Below, piece after piece: positions 1-11,595 of a stretch of DNA of 64,000 nt (position 1 is its first letter; each line of letters begins with the position of its first letter). The notes below the pieces were generated by a model. The model was not told the DNA's origin. It did not search any database and worked only from the letters and a program-made list of their open reading frames with translations. Source of the stretch: an uncultured Methanosarcinales archaeon (GTDB lineage: Archaea; Halobacteriota; Methanosarcinia; Methanotrichales; Methanotrichaceae); NCBI GenBank assembly GCA_963843555.1, contig CAWJKV010000017.1, positions 1 to 64,000 on the forward strand, written 5' to 3'. The position numbers and the translations under genes were made by a program.

Positions 1-143
1 ACTACGTTTCCGGAAAACTCTCGGTTTCAGTATGGAGGAGAGGATAAGAGCCATGCCGGATGGCTTTTCCTGAGGCCGTGGGAAAGCATCCGGTAGATAA
101 AGAGAGAATCGGGAAAATTGGGGATTTAAAGGAGGTTACAAGA

Positions 144-2136
144 TTGGCTGAGCAAAAAGCAACAACGTCTGTTCTATATGAGGAGACGAGAGTATTCGAG
201 CCGTCCAAAGATCTCGTTGAGAAATCCAATGTCATGGAGTGGATGAAGAAGAAGGGATTCAAGACCGAGCGTGAGATGCGCGCCTGGACCGGCCAGAACT
301 ACATGCAGTTCTGGGATGAGATGGCCAAGACCTATGCCGACTGGTTCGAGCCCTATGGCCCAGGTCCTCGAATGGAAGCCACCCTATGCCAAGTGGTTCG
401 TGGGCGGCAAGTGCAACGTGGCCTACAATGCAGTGGACAGGCATGCCAACAGGCGCTAAAAAGGACAAGGTAGCCTACATCTTCGTCCCTGAGCCCATCG
501 ACCAGCCCACCCAGAAGATCACCTATGCAGATCTGGCCAAGAGAGGTCAACAAGTTCGCCAACGGCCTGAAGAGCCTGGGAGTGCAGAAGGGCGACAGAG
601 TCAGCATCTACATGCCCATGATCCCCGAGCCGCCCATAGCCATGCTCGCCGTGCGCCAAGATCGGCGCCATTCACTGCGTTGTGTTCTCTGGATTCTCTT
701 CTGGCGGCCTGAACAGCAGAGTTCTCGATGCCGAGTCCAAGGTAGTGATTACCACGGACGGTTTCTTCAGGCGCGGCAAGCCCCTGCCACTCAAGCCCAA
801 CGTGGATGAGGCCACCGCCAACACCCCAAGCGTCACGAACGTAGTAGTGGTGAAGAGGGCAGGCATCGATGTACCAATGAAAGCTGGCAAGAGATGTCTG
901 GTACCACGACCTGGTAGCCAAGCAGTCTGATGTGTGCGAGTGCGAGAAGATGGACGGCGAGGACCGGCTGTTTATCCTGTACACCTCCGGCACAACCGGC
1001 AAGCCCAAGGGTATCGAGCACGTTCATGGCGGCTACTGTGTAACTCCGGCTCAGACGCTTTCCTGGGTCTTCGATATCAAGGAAACTGATGTCTGGTGGT
1101 GCACAGCCGATGTCGGATGGATCACAGGCCACAGCTACGTGGTCTATGGACCACTCTGCCTCGGTGCTACGACCATGATCTATGAGGGTTCTCCTGACTA
1201 TCCCGACTTCAGCAGGTGGTTCAAGATCATCAGTGAGAATAAGGTGTCAATACTCTACACCGCACCCACTGCAGTGAGGATGTTCATGAAGGCTGGAGAC
1301 CAGTGGCCCAAGATGTTCGACATCTCCATGCCTGAGGCTGCTTGGATCAGTCGGCGAGCCCATCAATCCCGAAGCCTGGATGTGGTACAGAAACAACTTC
1401 GGCGGCGGCAAGCTGCAGATCATGGATACCTGGTGGCAGACTGAGACCGGATGCTTCCTGGTATCACCTCTGCCCATCACGCCCTTGAAGCCCGGATCCC
1501 CGACATTCCCGCTGCCCGGATTCAACATCGATATCCTGGATGAGGATGCCAACCCCGTGCCAGCCAGGCTCCGGAGGCAATATCGTCAGCAATACACCCT
1601 GGCCGTCCATGCTCCGTGCCTTCTACAAAGACACAGTGAGGTACCAGAAGGAGTACTGGGACATGTACTGGCAGATCAGGCCCGGCACATACCTGGCTGG
1701 CGACAAGGCCACCAAGGACAAGGATGGATACTTCACCATCCAGGGCAGGATCGACGATGTGCTCAAGGTAGCTGGACACAGGCTCTCCAACGCTGAGGTT
1801 GAGTCCGCACTTGTCGGCCATCCCAAGGTGGCTGAAGCCGCTGTCATCGGCAAGCCTGACGAGGTCAAGGGTGAGGTCATCGTGGCCTTCGTTACCCTCA
1901 GAACAGGAAACGAGGAGAGCGATGAGCTGAAGAAGGAGCTGGTTAAGCATGTGAGGACCGTCCTGGGACCAGTAGCCAGCCCAGAGGCGATCTACTTCGT
2001 CAACGACGTGCCCAAGACCAGGAGCGGCAAGATCATGCGCCGCGTCATCAAGGCCAAGGCCCTGGGCAATCCCACCGGCGACATCTCCGCTCTGGCCAAC
2101 CCGGATGCAGTAGAGGCCATTCCGCTCATCAAGTGA
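144..2136 (+). CDS. acs: Acetyl-CoA synthetase (AMP-forming), copy 1; several frameshifts, probably assembly indels
   Basis: Joined ORF fragments contain [36 protein letters not shown] and [16 protein letters not shown] at 131-135 precedes a TTG at 144. Confidence 0.93.
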
Positions 2137-2145
2137 GCGGCCTAA

Positions 2146-2170
2146 ACTTTTTTAATTCTTTTTTTTCTCA
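2146..2170 (+). terminator. Oligo-T archaeal terminator after acs copy 1
   Basis: Two T-runs immediately after the stop codon. Confidence 0.55.
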
Positions 2171-2403
2171 AAATCACTTTCCAAGGCCTCTACCTGCTCA
2201 GTCTCTCAAGGATATCGATTCATTTCCATAATGAATAATTATGGGAAGAAAATTTTAAAATAATCATTTAAAGATATTAATCTATATATATAACTAAAGA
2301 CACAAAATTCTTCAATATGCTTTTCATATGCCAGGAGTTCCTCAATTATCCAATACTTTGAGTTAATAGTAATAAATCATTATAATCAACAATGATGATA
2401 TTA

Positions 2404-2424
2404 TTATCGCGATAACTTTATAAA
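2404..2424 (+). promoter_or_regulatory. Probable acs2 promoter: TATA box with an adjacent perfect 12-bp palindrome
   Basis: TTATCGCGATAA at 2404-2415 followed by TTTATAAA at 2417-2424, in an AT-rich intergenic region. Confidence 0.5.
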
Positions 2425-2577
2425 TGATCAAGTAGGTCTCGATTCGATGTTCCCTGAGCCCCCATAGCGCTAGGAAGATAGTGCCGTCGGGCCGAGAGAG
2501 CGGCTCTAAGAAATGCTCTTCAGATATGCCTGACCAAATCGGGAGCCTGGGACGACATATCTAGATCAAAAGGAGGT

Positions 2578-4570
2578 ATGAAATTGGCTGACACAGCAAA
2601 AACGTCTTCTCTGCAGGAAGAGACTAGGATTTTCAACACCCCGCAGAAGATAATTGAGCATTCCATTGCATATCAGTGGATGAAGAAGAAGGGCTTCAAG
2701 ACTGAAACCGAGATGCGCAAGTGGTGCTCGGATAATTATATTGAGTTCTGGGATGAGATGGCTAAGACCTATGCTGATTGGTCCAAGCCCTATACCAAGG
2801 TCCTCGATGACTCCGCCAAGCCTTACTACAAGTGGTTCACCGGCGGCAAGATCAATGTAGTCTACAACGCAGTGGACAGGCATGCCAAGGGCGCCAAGAA
2901 GGACAAGATTGCCTACCACTTCATCGGCGAGCCTGTCGGCGATAACAGGGATATCACCTACGGCCAGCTCTACACAGAAGTCAACAAGATGGCCAATGCG
3001 CTCAAGAGCGCAGGCGTAGAAAAGGGAGACAGAGTAGTCGCATACCTTCCCATGATCCCCGAGCTGCCCATCACTATGCTCGCATGCGCCAAGATCGGAG
3101 CCATTCACACCATAGTCTTCTCCGGATTCTCCTCCGGTGGCCTGAACAGCAGGGTCAACGATGCTGAGGCCAAGGTTGTCGTCACAGCCGATGGATTCTT
3201 CAGGCGCGGAAAGCCCCTGCCACTCAAGCCCAATGTAGATGAAGCTATGAAGACTGCACCCTCTGTCAAGAAGGTAGTAGTCGTCAGGAGAACCGGCGTT
3301 GCCGGTCCCCATGCAGGAAGGACGCGATGTCTTCTACGATGATTTCGTAAAGAATGAGTCCGCAGAGTGCGAGACCGTTATGCTCGACCCAGAGGACAGG
3401 CTGTTCATTCTGTACACCTCCGGCACAACCGGCAAGCCCAAGGGTATTGAGCACGTTCACGGCGGCTATGCCGTCGCTCCGGCTCAGACAGCAGCATGGG
3501 TACTGGATGTCCATGACGATGATGTCTTCTGGTGCACCGCAGACTGCGGCTGGATCACCGGCCACAGCTACGTAGTATACGGCCCACTCTGTCTCGGCAC
3601 CACCACCATACTGTACGAGGGATCTCCGGACTTCCCAGACCTCGGCCGCTGGTGGTCCATAATTGAGAAGTATAAGGTATCTATCCTATACACCGCACCC
3701 ACAGCCATCAGGATGTTCATGAAGACCGGCGAGGCCTTTGTGAAGAAGTACGACCTGTCCTCAATCAGGATCCTGGCCTCAGTCGGCGAGCCGCTGAACC
3801 CAGAAGCCTACATGTGGTACAGAAAGAACATCGGCGCAGACCAGGCACCAATCATTGATACCTGGTGGCAGACTGAGACCGGATGCCACGTCATTGCCCC
3901 ACTGGTTATGACACCCGAGAAGCCCGGTTCCGTATGCTTCCCACTGCCCGGATTCAACACTGATATCTTCGACGAGGATGCCAACTCCGTGCCACTCGGC
4001 TACGGCGGCAACATCGTTCAGAAGACCCCCTGGCCAAGCATGCTCCGTGCCTTCTTCAGAGATGAAGTCAGGTACAAGAAGGAGTACTGGGACATGTACT
4101 GGCAGGTCAAGCCCGGCACATACCTCGCTGGCGACAAGGCCACCCGCGACAAGGATGGCTACTGGTGGATCCAGGGCCGCATCGACGATGTGCTGAAGGT
4201 AGCAGGACACAGAATCTCCAACGCTGAGGTCGAGTCCGCCGCCGTTTCTCACCCCAAGGTCGCAGAGGCAGCCGTTGTCGGCCAGCCCGATGAGGTCAAG
4301 GGCGAGAAGATCGTCGCATTCGTCATTCTCAGGGATGGCGTTGCTGAGTCTCCCGAGCTCGCGAAAGAGATCTCCACCCACGTCCGCAAGGTACTGGGCC
4401 CCGTCGCTTACCCCGACAAGGTCTACTTCGTGAAGGATGTCCCCAAGACCAGGTCCGGCAAGATCATGCGCCGTGTCATCAAGGCCAAGGCCCTGGGCAA
4501 GGAGACCGGAGACCTGTCTGCTCTGGCCAATCCAGAGTCCGTAGACAATATCCCACGCATTGATCTGTAA
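2578..4570 (+). CDS. acs: Acetyl-CoA synthetase (AMP-forming), copy 2; one frameshift near 3300-3340
   Basis: ORFs 2578..3342 and 3299..4570 carry the same acyl-adenylate motifs as copy 1, with GGAGG upstream. Confidence 0.95.
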
Positions 4571-4621
4571 GTGGGATATCACCCTCCCTTTTTTTTAGAT
4601 AGCTAAGAATTGAAATCTGGT

Positions 4622-5119
4622 TTATTTGAACTGATCCAGTATCAAGGCTCGATCTTCGCTATTGATAAAGATCCTATCTTTCGCTTCGATGTCCATCAGA
4701 ATTTTCTGCAACTCAATCATGGAAACTATCTTTTTCGCGGCGATCAAGACCAAGATGTCCTTCAAACCAAGAACTGAGATGCCGGATGCCTTACAGAAGC
4801 GGATTACCTTGACATCATTGGACAAGAATATGGCGCCGCGATTCTTAGCGATGGCCAGGCCCTCTGCCTCGCCAAAGTGAATAGAGCGCTCATGTGATAA
4901 CTCCTGAAACACCAAGAAATCGCTCTTTTCCATGGTGATTACAGGTATGCTCTCAAAGACCTTTTCGGGAAAGGATAATCCCTCATCCTTGGATTTTGTG
5001 AGCTCAATATAGACCGAGTTCGTGATATAGATATCCGCACCGGGAAATGTTTTTCTTAAGAGATCTATCCGATCGATCTTGGCAAAGGTGCTCGCAACAT
5101 CACAGTCAATGAGGATCAT
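4622..5119 (-). CDS. PIN-domain protein (DUF3368-like), putative toxin
   Basis: ILIDCD at the N-terminus, SVYIEL, HFGEAEGLAIA and FLSND match the PIN acidic-residue pattern. Confidence 0.8.
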   Translation of the reverse strand: MILIDCDVASTFAKIDRIDLLRKTFPGADIYITNSVYIELTKSKDEGLSFPEKVFESIPVITMEKSDFLVFQELSHERSIHFGEAEGLAIAKNRGAIFLSNDVKVIRFCKASGISVLGLKDILVLIAAKKIVSMIELQKILMDIEAKDRIFINSEDRALILDQFK

Positions 5120-5415
5120 TATAGAAGGCCCATCTTTTTAAGGAGGGCTATGCTGTCCTCGTCTCCTTCGATCTCTATTCTTATCGATCTCGAAGCGAGT
5201 ACATCCTTGAACTGCTCCAGTGTAAGAGATGCAATATCTGCAGCCCTCCATAGGCTGACCTTCTTATTTCTATAAAGGTTAACGGCCATGTCGATCTTCA
5301 ATCTGGGCTTCAGAGTGAGAAGGGCACTCATTGCATCTGAGATGACCTCATCCCTGGATCCATAAACTTTGGCGTTTACCAGTGCATCGAGCTCATCTTC
5401 GACAGATGCCATCAT
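5119..5415 (-). CDS. UPF0175-family protein, putative antitoxin
   Basis: YGSRDEVISDA and AVNLYRNKKVSLWRAADIASLT motifs; its stop codon overlaps the PIN gene start. Confidence 0.8.
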   Translation of the reverse strand: MMASVEDELDALVNAKVYGSRDEVISDAMSALLTLKPRLKIDMAVNLYRNKKVSLWRAADIASLTLEQFKDVLASRSIRIEIEGDEDSIALLKKMGLL

Positions 5416-5450
5416 TTTATAATATGCGATGTAGCTATTTTAATTCTTCC

Positions 5451-5716
5451 TCAGGGCGAGAAGATCGTCGCCTTCGTCATACTCAGGGATGGCGTTGCTG
5501 AGTCTCCCGAGCTCGCGAAAGAGATCTCCATCCACGTCCGCAAGGTACTGGGCCCCGTCGCTTACCCCGACAAGGTCTACTTCGTGAAGGATGTCCCCAA
5601 GACCCGTGTCTGGCAAGATTATGCGCCGTACCATTATGGCCAAGGCCCAGGGGCTCGGAGACCGGAGACCTGTCTGCTCTGGCCAATCCAGAGTCCGTTG
5701 ACAATATCCCACGCAT
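5451..5716 (+). repeat. Decayed direct duplicate of the acs2 3' end (4296-4560)
   Basis: Near-identical by eye, from agggcgagaagatcgtcgc to gacaatatcccacgcat, with substitutions and indels. Confidence 0.92.
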
Positions 5717-5790
5717 CAACACTGAAGAGCAGTTGTTGGGCTCTTCGCTATATTGTGTGGGTAAGGAATGCTTTGTTTGTCTATGCGCAA

Positions 5791-5888
5791 CTCTGCGAAC
5801 TCTGCGACTCTGCGGTTTTACTCCGCTACCATCAGTCATAACCAGTGTCTAACGATCATTTAACCGCGGAGGCGCAGAGCACACAGAG
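5791..5888. repeat. Palindromic ~100-bp dispersed repeat (REP/MITE-like), copy 1
   Basis: CTCTGCGAACTCTGCGACTCTGCGGTT, a 44-nt spacer, then AACCGCGGAGGCGCAGAGCACACAGAG. A homolog lies at ~62075-62168. Confidence 0.7.
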
Positions 5889-5947
5889 GAACTACGGAAA
5901 AATTGTTGGATTCCTGCCCCAGGCGCATGAACCCACAGAAAACAGCG

Positions 5948-6070
5948 ATGAGCCAGTTGTTGGAACTGCCCGCTAGCTACGCCGCGATTCTGGGGCAATT
6001 GTGCAAGAGGTGCTTGCACAAACCTGGTACCAACATTAACGATTCTCGATAAGGTGAAGGATCCCGGATC
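5948..6070 (+). pseudogene. Possible remnant of a DUF1016/YhcG-like gene
   Basis: Broken-frame peptides AIVQEVLAQ/TWYQH/TILDKVKDP resemble the YhcG N-terminal domain, judged from recall. Confidence 0.35.
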
Positions 6071-6274
6071 CTTGTAGAAATCATCAACAAACGCATCATT
6101 GAGCAGAGACGCTAAGAGCTGGAAGCTGATATGAAAGAACCCCTGGAGGCTTACCGAAAGGGAGAGGTCCGGGTAGTACTGTGGACGACATTGAGAGATC
6201 TGTTAAAGGAGCAGAGAGATTGAAAAAGCTCATCTGAGGCAATCAAGATATATCCGCTTCGCCATTTTTCGCCC

Positions 6275-7180
6275 ATGAAGATCGGAATCGTGGTCTTCGA
6301 CCCAGAGGATTGGACCGCCCAGGCACTGCTGGCTTCATTCTCCAGAAAAGGCATAGATGCATTTTTCCTTGACTTCTCAGAGCTTGTCGCCTTCATTGGC
6401 GATGATCTCATTTTCCGTACCGGCGACGTCGATCTCCTGGATCTGAATGCCGTCGTGGTTCGAGATCTGGGCAGAAGAGGAGCAATCGATGTTGCCTTTC
6501 GCTTTGAGGTTCTATCGGCACTATCGGAAAAGGGCATTCCCGTCATCAATCCGCCCGAGGCCATTGCCAGAGCTGCGAACAAGTTTGCCACCTCCAGAGC
6601 CCTGCACGACAGTGGTAGTGCCGACTCCCAAGACCATTGTAACCACCAGTCCGGAGGAGGCCGAAGAGGCTCTTCACGGATTTTGGAAGAGGCCGTCTCC
6701 AAACCCCTCTTCGGCTACAAGGGCAAGGATATCCTTCTCTTAGAAGAGTGGAGACCAGTCAGACCTGGCCCGGCTGAGCAGCATTGTGGAGACACAGGGA
6801 TTGATCTACCTGCAGGAGTTTGTCGAAACAGCTACCGATTCCCCCCGCGATATCCGGGCCTTTGTTGTGGATGGCAAGACTCTTGGGTGCCATATTTCGC
6901 GTTGCTCCGCCAGGCCAATGGATCAGCAACCTGGCCCGTGGCGGCCGGGCTCTAGGCCTGCCCTCTGACTGGTGAGCTGGAGGACCTGGCGGCAAAAGCT
7001 GCCCGGGCCGTAGGCGCGACGTACTGCGGTGTGGATCTCCTGGAGACGCGGCAGGGTTTATCGGTCATTGAGGTGAACGGAACGCCCTCCGGAAAAGGAA
7101 TCTTTGAGGCCCTGGGTGTTGACGTGACCGAAGCGATAGCAAACCACGTAATCGGGCTTGTGGATTCAAGACGGCAATAG
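6275..7180 (+). CDS. mptN: RimK-family ATP-grasp ligase (tetrahydromethanopterin:alpha-L-glutamate ligase-like), frameshifted
   Basis: VINPPEAIARAANK, KPLFGYKG, YLQEFV, DIRAFVV, GVDLLE and IEVNGTP across the joined frames. Confidence 0.75.
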
Positions 7181-8504
<1,324 letters not shown>

Positions 8505-8681
8505 GCATGAATGGGTGAATATACGATCCCATATGATCTGTCATAGGCCTAGAAACAGCGATCGATGCTCGTGTCGCTGTTAATTCATTTTTTATGACAC
8601 GAACGAAGAAATTAATCCTTAAAGATTCCTAAAGGAAGTGGCCAGTCTATCATGATCAATGCCGGCTAGCCTGCGCGCTCA

Positions 8682-9053
8682 ATGTGCAGGCGTAGTTTTC
8701 TTTTTTTATCACAGAAATTTTCAAATATTACTTCGGCAACTATTCATGATATGGAACCCATTGAGGGATGGCATCTTGTTTTTTATTTTGGGAACTTTTT
8801 GGCAGATACTGGAATTGCAATCTTTGCAATTTCAGTCTGGGAATTCGATAAAAAGATGGATAGTTACAAGAACGATCTCTCTGAATCTAATGTGACCGAT
8901 ATAGCGACGCTGAAACTATTGAAACGGCAACAAAGAAATCTGGTTATGATAAAATGGTCCAAGGGTATTTCGATCGTTTTTCTGGTGATTGGAATAGCTA
9001 TTCAGCTAACTGCTTTGCTGTCCTCCATCCAAATGCCGATTGGCTTAAAATAG
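8682..9053 (+). CDS. Hypothetical membrane protein with two predicted TM helices
   Basis: Two hydrophobic segments (LVFYFGNFLADTGIAIFAISVW; GISIVFLVIGIAIQLTALL) in AT-rich DNA. Confidence 0.6.
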   Translation: MCRRSFLFLSQKFSNITSATIHDMEPIEGWHLVFYFGNFLADTGIAIFAISVWEFDKKMDSYKNDLSESNVTDIATLKLLKRQQRNLVMIKWSKGISIVFLVIGIAIQLTALLSSIQMPIGLK

Positions 9054-9083
9054 CTTGCTTCTTCGCACATTGGATGGTTGGCA

Positions 9084-10706
9084 TCAAATTCCGATTACGT
9101 GATTATCTTCGGCACATGCGGACACAGCGCCGAATGCTGACCATGTGCTGGGATGAAATACGATACTCAGCTTTGCGTCTGCTCTATTTGTCACAATGTT
9201 GAATACATCAGAGATTTCTTTATTATAATTATATTGAAATAAATAAAACAAATCGAGTTGGGTTGGTTCTTTATGATAGATGTGTGTCCCTCGACCGAAG
9301 ATATTAATATAATCATTCAATATTTTAGCATCCATGGAGGGAATGATTTCGATTCCGATGAATCCAGAATCGTATAACATTTTCAGTAGATCCATCAAAC
9401 TATCGGCTTTTAAATTTTCAGCCAAATTTTTCTGATATTTCTTGATTTTTTTATTTAGATCTTCGAGGTTGAAAGGATTTGGTAAGCCATAAAGTAAAAC
9501 CATAATTTCTTTAGTTTTCGCATCGCCGTATCTTCTCTTTGCTTCTTCAGTCAATTCATTCTCAAACTTAGTCCTGCAAAATTCATTTACAGTATCTTTG
9601 ATTATATCTTCTGCTATTTGGCCACGCCTTATTATATCGTCCACAGATTGATCTAATCGGCTGGATTGGTTTTCTACAGCCATCCGTGTTATCCTTTGGA
9701 GCTCCCGAGGCCGCCAATGAGTATGTCGACGAATGAAAAGGAAGGTGTCTTCAAAAAAATTCTGACCACTCTGTCGGTGATTGATTTTTCTCGGAAAAAG
9801 TTCGATCCAGGCATTTCTTTTTGCACATCTTCTATTGACTCTTCTAAATTCCCATTCTATGCGTCGATCAATAAAATCTTTCAAATTCTCTCTATTCCAT
9901 TCAATAGATCCCATATATGGAATGATCCTATTTGGATTGTCCAAATTGTCAGGCCTGTATCTGTGCCAGGGTATGCAAATTCTAATCCACCGGCTTGGCT
10001 CCTGATATTTGATAAAAATACGGGTAAAAACGTTCAATAAAGAAGTTACCAAAGGTAATGCGAATCCTCCTTCATCCAATTCTGTTCTTGGCGTATCTAT
10101 AGGTTCTATCACAATAAACGGTTTTACCTTTTGACCCATTATATCTGATAAACATTTATTTATATTAACTAATGTACTTGGTCGGAGAGTTTCACCAAAT
10201 GTTCCCTGCATCTTCTCAACTTCTCTTAATCCCCTTAAGTTGATCTCGCCAAGTGCAAAGAGCAATGCGGGAATTCTGTCCCAAAAACGCGGAAGTCTAT
10301 TTTCTTTGTGACCTATGCTGATAACCTGATTCCAATGATCTCCATCATATGATTCGTAGTATTTCCTTAATTGATAGAATAAAATACACTCGCTTCGAAT
10401 AATTTCTGCTATCCAAATATTTTCCAATGTCCTTTTAAATAATTCATTATCTGCATACTTTTTCCGGAGAATTGCCAAAGAAGCCGTTCCTATAGAATAT
10501 TCTCCGATATTCCATACATCTTTGCTGCAATCTTCTGTTTTTTCACACTCCTCAATGAGATACCTGGCCTCATGTAAAACAAATGCGCTCTTGCCGATCC
10601 CCCACTTTCCCATAATTATGGATTTCCTGGCTAAATCCTTGGGCTGATCAATATAACATTCTTTTAATAATTTATCATTCCAGGCATTTTCATCTCCGAA
10701 TAGCAT
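9084..10706 (-). CDS. P-loop ATPase (FunZ/Sll1717-like), AT-rich accessory gene
   Basis: 540-aa ORF with N-terminal FGDENA, Walker A IIMGKWGIGKSA, Walker-B-like FIVIEPID and an RPREL motif. Confidence 0.75.
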   Translation of the reverse strand: MLFGDENAWNDKLLKECYIDQPKDLARKSIIMGKWGIGKSAFVLHEARYLIEECEKTEDCSKDVWNIGEYSIGTASLAILRKKYADNELFKRTLENIWIAEIIRSECILFYQLRKYYESYDGDHWNQVISIGHKENRLPRFWDRIPALLFALGEINLRGLREVEKMQGTFGETLRPSTLVNINKCLSDIMGQKVKPFIVIEPIDTPRTELDEGGFALPLVTSLLNVFTRIFIKYQEPSRWIRICIPWHRYRPDNLDNPNRIIPYMGSIEWNRENLKDFIDRRIEWEFRRVNRRCAKRNAWIELFPRKINHRQSGQNFFEDTFLFIRRHTHWRPRELQRITRMAVENQSSRLDQSVDDIIRRGQIAEDIIKDTVNEFCRTKFENELTEEAKRRYGDAKTKEIMVLLYGLPNPFNLEDLNKKIKKYQKNLAENLKADSLMDLLKMLYDSGFIGIEIIPSMDAKILNDYINIFGRGTHIYHKEPTQLDLFYLFQYNYNKEISDVFNIVTNRADAKLSIVFHPSTWSAFGAVSACAEDNHVIGI

Positions 10707-10969
10707 AAATACCCCAATCTAATTCGGCACAAAATTGCCCACATATCAATCGCTTACTACATTATCTATTGAAGCTCATTCGTATAAGAACTTTTTTCAT
10801 TAAGATTCTATGCATCCAGGAAGCTACCGGTGCACAAATATTTAAATTGATATAGATAATAAGCGGAAGGCTTGAGGATGTACCTATATATATTCTTTGC
10901 CAAATAGAAGCGAGATATTAAACTATGATATCTCAGAGCTGATAGAAGTATTGATCCAAGATATCAGAG

Positions 10970-11333
10970 CAAATGGAGTTTCGAACTGCCCTGGAGATTT
11001 ATGATCAGGGGCAGGATGAGTCTTTCCCTGTTGAACACCCTTCTCGATAAATGCCATATGTTTCTTCAGGCATCTTCAAATGTTCCGTATCTATTCAGAT
11101 ATGCCTCTACCTTTGGGGTTTAATGCGTATTGAACGCCCTGATCAGAATTGTGAACAAGTCCTTTAGTAGATTTCGGCAAGCGATTTTCAGATGCCTTGG
11201 CCAGAGAATTCATGGCCAGTTGGCGGTCTATGTTTCTGCTCATCTTCCAGCCAATGAACTTTCTGCTGTAGAGATCCAGGATCACCGCGAGATGGATGTG
11301 CTCATGCAAATCCGATTCGATGAATATCTCCAA
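10970..11333 (-). mobile_element. IS3-family transposase remnant (rve core, internally deleted)
   Basis: HLAVILDLYSRKFIGWKMS, LVHNSDQGVQYA, then a degraded YLNRYGTFEDA and SPGQFE tail. Confidence 0.8.
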
Positions 11334-11595
11334 GAATGATCGCGAATCGGAACCAAATCAATCAGGTCCAATTCATTAAATAGCCTATTCTTCGGCATAC
11401 GCTTGCATTTCTATTTTGTAGCTCTTCTAATACCCATTCACGGGACGAATCCATAGTAAATGATAATAATATTTATATATAATTAATTAGATTCTAATTG
11501 GGTTGGTAGATTTATGGGAATCCGCGAGGAGAAAGCTATGAATATAGGGGATCCTAAATTACATGTATAGATAAGCAGCAAGGCGGTCCGCATTA

